A DNA stretch of 64,000 nt from contig JBBSLP010000021.1 in the NCBI GenBank assembly GCA_038255145.1, positions 10,491 through 74,490 of the forward strand, written 5' to 3'. Position 1 is the stretch's first letter. Each line of letters opens with the position of its first letter. This document shows, in pieces, positions 17,229 to 24,864 of this stretch. A program made the position numbers and the translations under genes. Origin of the DNA: Acidimicrobiales bacterium. GTDB lineage: Bacteria; Actinomycetota; Acidimicrobiia; Acidimicrobiales; CAIXPF01. The notes under the pieces were generated by a model. That model was not told the origin of the DNA. It made no database searches and saw only the letters and a list, made by a program, of their open reading frames with translations.

Positions 17229-17970
17229 AGCTGCCGGGGCCGGGCCCGGGCCCCCGGCGGCGCACGCCGACCACGTGGCCACCGCCGGGGGTGGCCAGCA
17301 CCAGGGTCCTGGCCCCCAGGCCGGCGATCCACACCTCGGGGGCGAAACCGGGATCGACGCGGCTCAGCCCCAGGGGTTCGACCGTCAGCGGTCCGCCCGG
17401 CGTGTCCACGATGACCAGGGTGCGGGCCCGCTGGCGGAGCCCGGCCGTGCGGGCGTCCCGGGCCAGGCGCGAGCGTACGAACAGCCAGCCCTCGTGTCGC
17501 AGGACGTGGGCGATCTGGGCGGCGTGGCGGCCGGCGACCGCGGCCATGGCCGCCAGCAGCACCCCCAGGATCAGGGGCGGGGCCACGGGCACCCCGCGAC
17601 GCTGGGGCGGCACCCCGACCAGCTCGACCCGGCCCGGGTCAGCCGGGTCGTAGACCACGTCCACGGCCTGGCCCGCGGTGTAGGCGTCCACGGCGCCGCC
17701 GACGTCCACCGTGGCCTGGCGGCTCTGACCGGCCGCCTCGAAGCTGACCTCCACCGGTCCGTCGGCCAGCCGGGCCCGACCGAAGGGGGTGTTGTCGACG
17801 GAGACGACGGTGGCCGGGGCCCGGGTCCCGTCGTGCTGCAGGGCCGCGGCCCGTGTGTCGGCCCGGCGGGCCATGCCCGCCACCACCAGCACGGCGGCGG
17901 CGGCCAGGGCCACCGCGGCCACGATGAGCCAGCGTCGACGCAGGCTGCGGCGGGTGGCTGGCGTCCTCAT
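17218..17970 (-). CDS. DUF3592-domain membrane protein with an extra conserved C-terminal domain
   Basis: TM (WLIVAAVALAAAAVLVVAG), then a DUF3592-like core (ATVVSVDNTPFGRARLADGPVEVSFEAAGQSRQATVDVGGAVDAYTAGQAVDVVYDPADPGRV), then a second TM and the tail HVLRHEGWLFVRSRL...TPGGGHVVGVRRR. The start is ATG 17970 or 17991. Confidence 0.65.
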   Translation of the reverse strand: MRTPATRRSLRRRWLIVAAVALAAAAVLVVAGMARRADTRAAALQHDGTRAPATVVSVDNTPFGRARLADGPVEVSFEAAGQSRQATVDVGGAVDAYTAGQAVDVVYDPADPGRVELVGVPPQRRGVPVAPPLILGVLLAAMAAVAGRHAAQIAHVLRHEGWLFVRSRLARDARTAGLRQRARTLVIVDTPGGPLTVEPLGLSRVDPGFAPEVWIAGLGARTLVLATPGGGHVVGVRRRGPGPGPGSSTS

Positions 17971-18001
17971 GGCAACGGCGAGACCAGCCATGGGCGGCGT
18001 T

Positions 18002-18770
18002 CTACTCGGTCCTGCGGGTGCGGGCGGGCATCGAGCGGCGACGGACGGCGACGACGTGGCCACCGCCGGGCGGGGCCAGGACCAGGGTGCGGTGGCGCGT
18101 GCCCAGGCCACAGGTCCACAGCTCGGGGGCGAACGAGGGGTCGACCCGGTTGAGGCCCACGGGTTCGACCATGGGCTCGCCGCCCGGTGTGTCCAGGATG
18201 ACGCAAGCGCGGGACCGTCCCCGGTAGCCGTCGGTGGCGGGGTCATCGATCAATCGGGAGCGGACGAACAGCCAGCCCTCGTGACGCAGGGTGCGACGGA
18301 TCGTGACCGTGCGCCGTCCGGCCACGAGGGCCATGACCGTCAGCAGGCCCACGGCCAGCGGGTGTTTCGGGCCCCCCACCCCGGGCCGAGGACATGCCCT
18401 GGATCTGGGCCCGGGTGGGGTCGCCAGCGTCGTTGACGATGCGCACCGGCTGGCCCTGCTGGTAGTCGCTCACCGCCTCGTCGACGTCGATCGAGCTGTG
18501 CCGGGCCACGCCGTCGACCTCGAAGTCGACCTCGACCGATCCGTAGGCGTAGCGGGCCATGCCCCAGCGCTCGACGGTCAGCCCGACCACGGTGGCGTCG
18601 GCGGGGACGCCATGGCGCTGCAGGGCCGAGGCCCGTTCGTCGACGTGGCGGCCCCAGGGCGCGGCCGAGAAGAAGGCCGCGGCCAGCGGTGGGTCGTCTC
18701 CCCTGGCTCGCCTCGACCGGGTCCATCTCCGGGTCCATCTCCGGGTCCATCCCCGGTCCCATCGCCGCAC
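18002..18770 (-). pseudogene. Tandem paralog of the DUF3592-like gene, frameshifted at a 6-nt homopolymer (18372-18377)
   Basis: The N-part is in the frame of ORF 18243..18770 (…ATVVGLTVERWGMARYAYGSVEVDFEVDGVARHSSIDVDEAVSDYQQGQPVRIVNDAGDPTRA…RGGG). The C-part is in the frame of ORF 18002..18379 (PKHPLAVGLLTVMALVAG…LRHEGWLFVRSRL…PPGGGHVVAVRRR). Alignment to the neighbouring paralog places the switch at the G6/C6 run. The N-terminal TM also looks degenerate. Confidence 0.55.
18721..18768 (-). repeat. 12-bp tandem repeat, three copies plus one degenerate copy
   Basis: GTCCATCTCCGG at 18721-18732 and 18733-18744, GTCCATCCCCGG at 18745-18756, and a degenerate copy at 18757-18768. On the coding strand it gives (W-T-R-R)n at the N-terminus of the frameshifted paralog. 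Confidence 0.85.
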
Positions 18771-18779
18771 CCAGCTCGT

Positions 18780-19535
18780 TCAGGGTCCGGCCAGGTGGTC
18801 CCGCAGGGCTGTCGTCTCGGGGTGGGGGGGTGCGTCCAGCTCGGTGGCCAGCAGGTGGGCGTACCGGTCGTAGGTCCGCAGGGCCTGGGCCCGGTCGCCG
18901 GCCAGGAAGTGGGCCCGCATGAGCAGGCGGTAGGGCGGCTCGCGGAAGGGATCGAGGGCGATCGATTCGGTGGCCAGGCTGATGGCCAGCGCCGGGTTGC
19001 CGCTGGCCAGCCACACCTCGGTCAGGCATTCGAGGGCCCGCACCCGGGCGGCACCCAGGGACGTGCGGAGATCGTCGACCCAGGGCAGGTCCTCACCGGC
19101 GAGGACGGGCCGTCGGGCGATGGCCGCGGCCACCGTGGCCTCGCTCCACGCCCTGGTGGGCTCACCGTGCCGGAGGGCGGCCTCGGCGGCGTCGATGGCC
19201 CGGGCGCAGGCCTCGGCGTCGATCCACGCGTCGTGGGGGAGGTGGAGCTGGTAGCAGCCCGACACCGAGGTGATGGCCCGACCGGCGTCGAACCCGGCCC
19301 GCACCAGCACGGTGCGCAACCGGGACAGCAACGCCTTCAGGGCACTGTCCCACGCCGGGGGGAGGGTCTGGTCCCACAGGGCCTGGGCCAGGGCGTCACG
19401 GGTCACCGGGCGTTGGGCGTCGATGGCCAGGTAGGCCAGGGCCAGTCGCCCCTGGCGACCGGGCAGCGCGTGCTCACCCACCACCCCGGCGTCGGTCTCG
19501 ATGGCCATCCGACCCGTCAGGTACAGGCGCAGCAT
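18780..19535 (-). CDS. SARP (AfsR/DnrI/RedD)-family transcriptional regulator: OmpR-type winged helix plus BTAD domain
   Basis: MLRLYLTGRMAIE...RQGRLALAYLAIDAQRPVTRDALAQALW...LSRLR followed by a BTAD region (...PYRLLMRAHFLAGDRAQALRTYDRYAHLLATELDAPP). The start is at ATG 19535. Confidence 0.8.
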   Translation of the reverse strand: MLRLYLTGRMAIETDAGVVGEHALPGRQGRLALAYLAIDAQRPVTRDALAQALWDQTLPPAWDSALKALLSRLRTVLVRAGFDAGRAITSVSGCYQLHLPHDAWIDAEACARAIDAAEAALRHGEPTRAWSEATVAAAIARRPVLAGEDLPWVDDLRTSLGAARVRALECLTEVWLASGNPALAISLATESIALDPFREPPYRLLMRAHFLAGDRAQALRTYDRYAHLLATELDAPPHPETTALRDHLAGP

Positions 19536-19639
19536 CCCGACAACCCCATCCCAACCGTTCCGCCACCTCGCCTGCCTAGGTTCCCACGTGGTCACCCCGT
19601 GCCGCGGGGGAACGATGCGCAGGATCGACGGGAGACGCC

Positions 19640-19801
19640 ATGACAGCAGCGAACGGCAAGGTGATCGAGTGCCCGTGCGGGGTCGTGTTGCGGGGTGCGG
19701 ATGACGACGCCGTCGTCAGCGAGGCCCAGACCCACGCCAAGGCCACCCACGACATGGAGCTCAGCCGCGACCAGGCCCTGGCCATGGCCCACCCCGCCTG
19801 A
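19640..19801 (+). CDS. Small DUF1059-like protein (53 aa)
   Basis: Not in the ORF track because it is under 60 aa. Hand translation gives MTAANGKVIECPCGVVLRGADDDAVVSEAQTHAKATHDMELSRDQALAMAHPA. GGGAGA lies 5 nt upstream of the ATG, GC3 is high, and the Cys-x-Cys and His pattern resembles DUF1059. Confidence 0.55.
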   Translation: MTAANGKVIECPCGVVLRGADDDAVVSEAQTHAKATHDMELSRDQALAMAHPA

Positions 19802-19819
19802 GGGGGCCGCTCGGCGACC

Positions 19820-20221
19820 TCAGGCCCGGGGCGGGCCCAGCAGGTCCCAGCGGTTGCCGGCGATGTCCACGAACACCGCCGCCTGGCCGTAGGCCTCGGT
19901 CCGGGGTGGGGAGGCGAACTCGACCCCGTGGGCCGTCATTTGGGTGACGGCGGCGTCGAAGTCGTCGACCTGGAGGAAGAAGCCCACCCGACCGGCCAGC
20001 TGCTGGCCGACGACAGAGGCCTGGCGCTCGCCGTCGGCCCGGGCCAGCAACACCCCGGTCTCCGCCCCCGGGGGCCGCACGACCACCCAGCGCTTGGGGC
20101 GGCCGTCGTTGGTGGCCGACGGTGAGTCCTCGACCAGGTCGAAGCCCAGCGCGTCGACGAAGAAGCGGATGGCGGGGTCGTAGTCGTCGACGACGATGGC
20201 CACCAGGCCCAGGTGGGACAT
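19820..20221 (-). CDS. VOC (glyoxalase/bleomycin-resistance/dioxygenase) family protein
   Basis: MSHLGLVAIVVDDYDPAIRFFVDALGFDLVED...FFLQVDDFDAAVTQMTAHGVEF...DIAGNRWDLL. Confidence 0.85.
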   Translation of the reverse strand: MSHLGLVAIVVDDYDPAIRFFVDALGFDLVEDSPSATNDGRPKRWVVVRPPGAETGVLLARADGERQASVVGQQLAGRVGFFLQVDDFDAAVTQMTAHGVEFASPPRTEAYGQAAVFVDIAGNRWDLLGPPRA

Positions 20222-20232
20222 GGGGCGGCCGT

Positions 20233-21081
20233 TCAGCTCGCGTGCTTGGCGATGACCTCGTCGCCGAAGCGGCGCAGGCGATCGGTGCTCATGGGGCCCA
20301 TGACGATCTCGGTGACGCCGAGGTCGGCCAGGCGGCCGTAGTTGTCGGGGTCCTTCTCCTCGCCGGCGATGATCTCGATGGTCGAGGGATCACGGCCGGC
20401 GTCCACCGCGGTCTGGCGCATGACGCCGAGCAGGTGCTCGAGGCGCTCGATGGGCAGCTTCCACGGGTAGAAGCCGTCACCCAGCCGGCCGGCCCGGCGG
20501 GCCGCGGCCTCGGTGTGGCCGCCGACGATGACCCGGATGGTGCCGTTCTTGGGCCGGGGCAGGCAGTAGATGCCATCGAACTGGCAGAACTCGCCCTCGA
20601 AGGTGGTGGGCCCGCCGGTCCACAGCTCGCGCATGGCGGCCACGTACTCGTCGGTGCGCTCACCGCGCCGCTCCCAGGGCACGCCCAGGGCCACGCACTC
20701 CTCTTCCAGCCAGCCCACGCCGATGCCGAAGGCGAGCTCGGAGGGCAACAGGTTGTCCAGGGTGGCCAGCTGCTTGGCCAGCAGGAGGGGGTTGCGCTGG
20801 GGGAGGATGATGACGCCGGTGGCCAGGCGCACGGTGCGCAGGGCGTGGGCCACGTAGGCCATCCACACCACCAGCTCGGGGAAGTCGAAGTCGGTCCCCT
20901 TGCCGGGCATGCGCCCGTCCTTGCTGTAGGGGTACTTCGAGCCGTAGGCGTCGGGCAGCACGATGTGGTCCGCCGTCCACAGCGTGGCCAGGCCCACCTC
21001 CTCGGCCGTCGCCACCAGCTCCAACGCCGCCTCGCCCTTGGCGTAGCGGCCGACGTTCGCCCCCTGCATCCCGAATCGCAT
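20233..21081 (-). CDS. LLM-class F420-dependent-type oxidoreductase
   Basis: MRFGMQGANV...LWTADHIV...RLATGVIILPQRNPLLLAKQLATLD...GIGVGW. The start is at ATG 21081. Confidence 0.85.
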   Translation of the reverse strand: MRFGMQGANVGRYAKGEAALELVATAEEVGLATLWTADHIVLPDAYGSKYPYSKDGRMPGKGTDFDFPELVVWMAYVAHALRTVRLATGVIILPQRNPLLLAKQLATLDNLLPSELAFGIGVGWLEEECVALGVPWERRGERTDEYVAAMRELWTGGPTTFEGEFCQFDGIYCLPRPKNGTIRVIVGGHTEAAARRAGRLGDGFYPWKLPIERLEHLLGVMRQTAVDAGRDPSTIEIIAGEEKDPDNYGRLADLGVTEIVMGPMSTDRLRRFGDEVIAKHAS

Positions 21082-21269
21082 GGGGGGTGACCGTAGCTGG
21101 CCCCCGGTGGTCGTGCGATGGGGGTCCACGGCGGCTACGGCTGGGCCAGCCGGCCGCCCCGGGCCCGGGGCTACCGTGCCGCCATGACGTGGTCGGACGA
21201 CTCGATCATGGCTGGACGAGGTGTGGCCGGTCGCCGCGTCGGGGCCACGCGTCAGCCCACCGAAGCCGA

Positions 21270-21823
21270 TCAGGTGACTACCTGTTCACCATCGGGCCGT
21301 ACTCCGAGCCTGTGCTCGAGGTGGCGCCCGGGGACCGCATCGTCGTCGAGACCCGTGACGCCTTCGGCGGGGCCATCCACAGCGAGGCCGACCTGCCCAG
21401 CGCCGTGCTCACCATGCCCTTCGTGAACCCCCAGAACGGGCCCATCATGGTGACCGGGGCCGAGAAGGGCGACACCCTGCCCGAGGTGGTGCGCTACCGG
21501 TGCGCTCACCCGGGGCCCGCCTGTTGTACGCCAGCACCACCACCATCCGCGTCGACCTCATCAAGGGGTGGACCATCGACTGGCCCCGCCTGGAGACCGA
21601 CGAGCTGCTCATGACCATCGGGTCGGCCCGGCCGTTGGAGGACGCCGTGCGCATCGCCCACCGCGACCTGGTGCTGTGGATGGAGTGGGCCTACGGCTTC
21701 GACCGCGGGGACGCGTACATGCTGCTCAGCCGGTGCGGCCAGGTCAGGCTGGGCAACTTCGTCGCCCCCGAGTACACCGTGGGCGCAGCCATCCGGAAGA
21801 CCTACGTGGCCCGACCTCGGTAG
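21270..21823 (+). pseudogene. Acetamidase/formamidase-family remnant: internal deletion plus frame change; the N-terminus is also unclear
   Basis: The N-part reads DYLFTIGPYSEPVLEVAPGDRIVVETRDAFGG...NPQNGPIMVTGAEKGDTL (frame of ORF 21087..21614). It joins around 21480-21510 to the C-part ASTTTIRVDLIKGWTIDWPRLETDELLMTIGSARPLEDAVRIAHRDLVLWMEWAYGF...RLGNFVAPEYTVGAAI (frame of ORF 21500..21823). The catalytic middle third expected for this family is absent, and I found no convincing in-frame start. Confidence 0.6.
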
Positions 21824-21851
21824 GGTGCGCCCCGACCCGGGGGGGCGGCAC

Positions 21852-23120
21852 ATGGTGCTCGAGGCAGACGTCACGGCCAGGGGGTCGGGACCGGTCGGTG
21901 GCGGACCGGCTCCGTTGGGGCGCAGCCTGGTCGAGCCGGGGGTGGACTCGGCCACGGGGTGGATCGTGGTGGGGGCCACGGGGTTGTCGACGTTCACGCT
22001 CTTCGGCGTCGTCTACAGCTTCTCGGCCTTCTTCAATGCCATGGCCGAGCAGTTCGGGTCGGGCAAGGGCGCCACCGCGCTGATGTTCGGCCTGACCATC
22101 TTCTTCCTGTTCATGCTGAGCCTGCCCGCCGGCCGCCTGGCCGACCGCTTCGGCGCCCGGCCCGTGGTCCTGGCCGGCGCCGCATCCATGGGGCTGGGCC
22201 TGCTGGCCACGTCGACCGTGCACGTCTTGTGGCTCGGCTACATCACCTACGGGGTGGGGGTCGGCGTCGGTGTGGCCTGCGCCTACGTCCCCATGGTCAC
22301 CCAGGTGTCGGGCTGGTTCGACCGCCGTCGGGCCGCGGCCCTGGGCATCGCCGTGTCCGGCATCGGTCTGGGCACCCTGTTGGTGCCGCCTCTGGCCGCC
22401 CGCCTCATCGAGGACCACGGCTGGCGCTGGACCTACCGCAGCTTCGCCGTGGTGGCCGTGGTGGCCCTGGTCGTGGTGGCCTTCCTGGCCCGCCGGCCCC
22501 CGGTGGTGGTCGGCCAGGCCCCCCTCGACCTGCGGGCCGTGCTGGCCCGACCCCTGTTCCGGCGCCTGTACGTGGCTTCGCTGTGCATGTCGCTGGCCCT
22601 GTTCGTGCCCTTCGTGTTCCTGGCCTCCTACGCCGAGGACCACGGCGTGGCCGAAGGTCGGGCCGCCACCCTGGTCAGCTTCCTGGGCCTGGGCAGCCTG
22701 GCCGGACGCCTGGTGCTGGGGGTGTTCGCCGGTCGGCTGGGGGTGTTGCGCCTGTACGTGGCCTGCTTCGTCGTGCTGACGGCGTCGTTCCTGCTGTGGG
22801 CAGCGGGTGGGGGCAACTTCGTGGCCCTGGCCACCTTCGCCGTCACGCTGGGGGTGGCCTATGGCGGCTACGTGGCCCTTTCCCCGGCCGTCATGGCCGA
22901 GCTGTTCGGCCTGGCCGGGCTGGGGGCGGTGCTGGGGGCGTCCTACACCGCCGGTGGCCTGGGCGGGCTGCTGGGCCCGCCCATCGCCGGGTGGCTGGTC
23001 GACCTGACCGGCTCCTACGTACCCGCCATCCTCGCCGCCATGGTCCTGGCCGGCGTGGGCACCGCCCTGCTGTGGCGGGCCATCTCGGCCCGGGATGCCC
23101 CCGCTCGCGCTGCGGGCTGA
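21852..23120 (+). CDS. MFS transporter (oxalate/formate-antiporter-like subfamily)
   Basis: Twelve predicted hydrophobic segments, including LPAGRLADRFGARPVVLAG (MFS loop 2-3 motif). The start is ATG 21852 or GTG 21825. Confidence 0.85.
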   Translation: MVLEADVTARGSGPVGGGPAPLGRSLVEPGVDSATGWIVVGATGLSTFTLFGVVYSFSAFFNAMAEQFGSGKGATALMFGLTIFFLFMLSLPAGRLADRFGARPVVLAGAASMGLGLLATSTVHVLWLGYITYGVGVGVGVACAYVPMVTQVSGWFDRRRAAALGIAVSGIGLGTLLVPPLAARLIEDHGWRWTYRSFAVVAVVALVVVAFLARRPPVVVGQAPLDLRAVLARPLFRRLYVASLCMSLALFVPFVFLASYAEDHGVAEGRAATLVSFLGLGSLAGRLVLGVFAGRLGVLRLYVACFVVLTASFLLWAAGGGNFVALATFAVTLGVAYGGYVALSPAVMAELFGLAGLGAVLGASYTAGGLGGLLGPPIAGWLVDLTGSYVPAILAAMVLAGVGTALLWRAISARDAPARAAG

Positions 23121-23220
23121 ACGGTCCCCTACGCGCCGGTCCGGGCGCGCCGGCCTCCACCGGGGCAGTGACCAACAGGCAACGGGCAGGAGGGAGGACC
23201 TCGGCGCCGACCGACGCCGG

Positions 23221-23679
23221 TCAGGGCTGGGCGGCGGCGACCACGTCGATCTGGCCGACCATGCCGTATGCCACGTGGCCGGGCAGGTGGCAGGCGAAGA
23301 CGATGGTGCCCGGTGTCTCGAAGTCGTAGAAGGTGACCCCGTCGCTGCTCGGCGGCACCGACACCTCGCCGGGCACGGGCGGGTGGAAGGCCTCGACCCC
23401 CTGGCTGTGCCGAGCGTGCACGTCCTCGTCGCCCACCACCAGCTCATGGCCGATGGGATCGCCGTTGTGGACCACGAAGCGCACCACCGTCCCCTGCTGC
23501 ACCTGCAGCCGGTTCGCCGAGAAGCGGCTGTGGTGGATGTCGAGGTCCACGGTGACCAGCCCCGGCCCCAGGGTGCCCCGCGTCCCCGCCCCACCGTCGT
23601 CCGCAGCTACGGCGAACCCTCCGGCGGTGACCACGCCGGCCACCAGGACGGCGGCGCCCAGGCGGCTGAAGATGCTCAC
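23221..23679 (-). CDS. Secreted cupredoxin (plastocyanin/azurin-like blue-copper) domain protein
   Basis: Signal-like N-terminus; type-1 copper ligand pattern H (IGHELVV) ... CHLPGHVAYGM (C-x2-H-x4-M). The GTG start overlaps the stop of the upstream gene (GTGA). Confidence 0.8.
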   Translation of the reverse strand: MSIFSRLGAAVLVAGVVTAGGFAVAADDGGAGTRGTLGPGLVTVDLDIHHSRFSANRLQVQQGTVVRFVVHNGDPIGHELVVGDEDVHARHSQGVEAFHPPVPGEVSVPPSSDGVTFYDFETPGTIVFACHLPGHVAYGMVGQIDVVAAAQP

Positions 23680-24776
23680 GGGGTGCCGCCGGTCACAGGA
23701 CCGTCGACGGGGGCCACCGCGGCACGAAGGTGGCGTCGCCGCTCGGCCACCGATGCCGCCACCAGGGCGGCGACCCCGGCCGTCACCCCCAGGGCGATGG
23801 GCCAGCGGGGCAGGCCCGCCGAGACCCGGGGCACCGCGGTGGCCTCGGTCGCCAACACCCCGGCGTCGGCCAGCGAGGGCAGGGTGGCCCGGTCGGCCGA
23901 GATGGCCAGGTCGTAGTCGAGATCACCAGCGACGGCATCCAGGGGCAGGTGGGTGAACCACATGTTCTCGGGCACCCACTCCATGCCCAGGTCGCTGCGC
24001 AGGTCATCGAGCAGGTCGTCCGACGCCGACTCGCTGCGACCGATCTGCAGGCCCGAGCCGCCGGCCAGCAGTCGGGGTTCGCGGTCGGTGAGGAGGAACA
24101 CGTCGGCGTCGACCTGGCGCTCGGGTTCGAGGCCCAGGCCGAGGATGCGCAGGGGCACCCAGGGCTGGTCGGTGGGGATGGTCAACATGATGGGGGTGCC
24201 GTCCCCGCTGGTCTGGCCCAGGTCACGGGCCCGGGTGGCGTCGAAGCGGGCGGCCATGAAGATGGGGCTGCGCTGGGCGTAGAAGTCGAGGACCTCGGGG
24301 GCGTCAGGGGTGAGCAGGAAACCGTGCTCGAGGGCCCACCGGCCCACCTCGTCACCCCCACCCCGCAGGATGGTGATGTCGAGGGCGTCGATCTTCGTCT
24401 CCAGCAGCACCTCGGCACTGGCGGCCATGAACACGGCCCCGTCGGCGGAGGCCGCCTGCGGCGCCGGCGGAGCCACCTCCTGGGCCAGGCGCTGGAGCGT
24501 CCAGTCACCGCCCCGCTCCACCGCCGTGGGCACGTCGGGCAGGGGGATGATGGATCCCAGCTCGGCGCCCTCGCCGGTGAACTCGAAGGAGGTGACGTAG
24601 CGCTCGACGCCGTCGTGGTACGCAGCCAGGGTGCTGGTGCGCAGCAGCTGGATGGTCCCGTTCTCGCCGACGAGGCCGCCGCAGGCCCCCGCCGGGGCGG
24701 TGCCCAGGGCCAGCGTGGCCACGGGCAGCGCCAGCAGTGCGGACAGCAGGATGGAACGGGTTCTCGGTGCCGCCAC
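23676..24776 (-). CDS. DUF2330 domain-containing secreted/membrane-anchored protein
   Basis: Signal peptide followed by the ACGG motif, the core ...YHDGVERYVTSFEFTG...IIPLPDVP..., and a C-terminal TM (WPIALGVTAGVAALVAASVA). Confidence 0.7.
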   Translation of the reverse strand: MAAPRTRSILLSALLALPVATLALGTAPAGACGGLVGENGTIQLLRTSTLAAYHDGVERYVTSFEFTGEGAELGSIIPLPDVPTAVERGGDWTLQRLAQEVAPPAPQAASADGAVFMAASAEVLLETKIDALDITILRGGGDEVGRWALEHGFLLTPDAPEVLDFYAQRSPIFMAARFDATRARDLGQTSGDGTPIMLTIPTDQPWVPLRILGLGLEPERQVDADVFLLTDREPRLLAGGSGLQIGRSESASDDLLDDLRSDLGMEWVPENMWFTHLPLDAVAGDLDYDLAISADRATLPSLADAGVLATEATAVPRVSAGLPRWPIALGVTAGVAALVAASVAERRRHLRAAVAPVDGPVTGGTP

Positions 24777-24864
24777 GGCCCCTCCAAAGGTTGCTGGGTT
24801 GGTGCCGATCAGACGTAACCGCGGTCACGTCTGGTTCCCGCACCGGCCAGCTCGTGGCCCGCGT

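Noticed and set aside
7893-18768. Short tandem repeats (7893-7937, 13961-13990, 18721-18768, and also 45345-45376) as possible CRISPR or other arrays.
   Set aside because: There are only 2-4 directly abutting copies with no spacers, and some lie inside coding sequence. No cas genes are present. These are simple slippage duplications.
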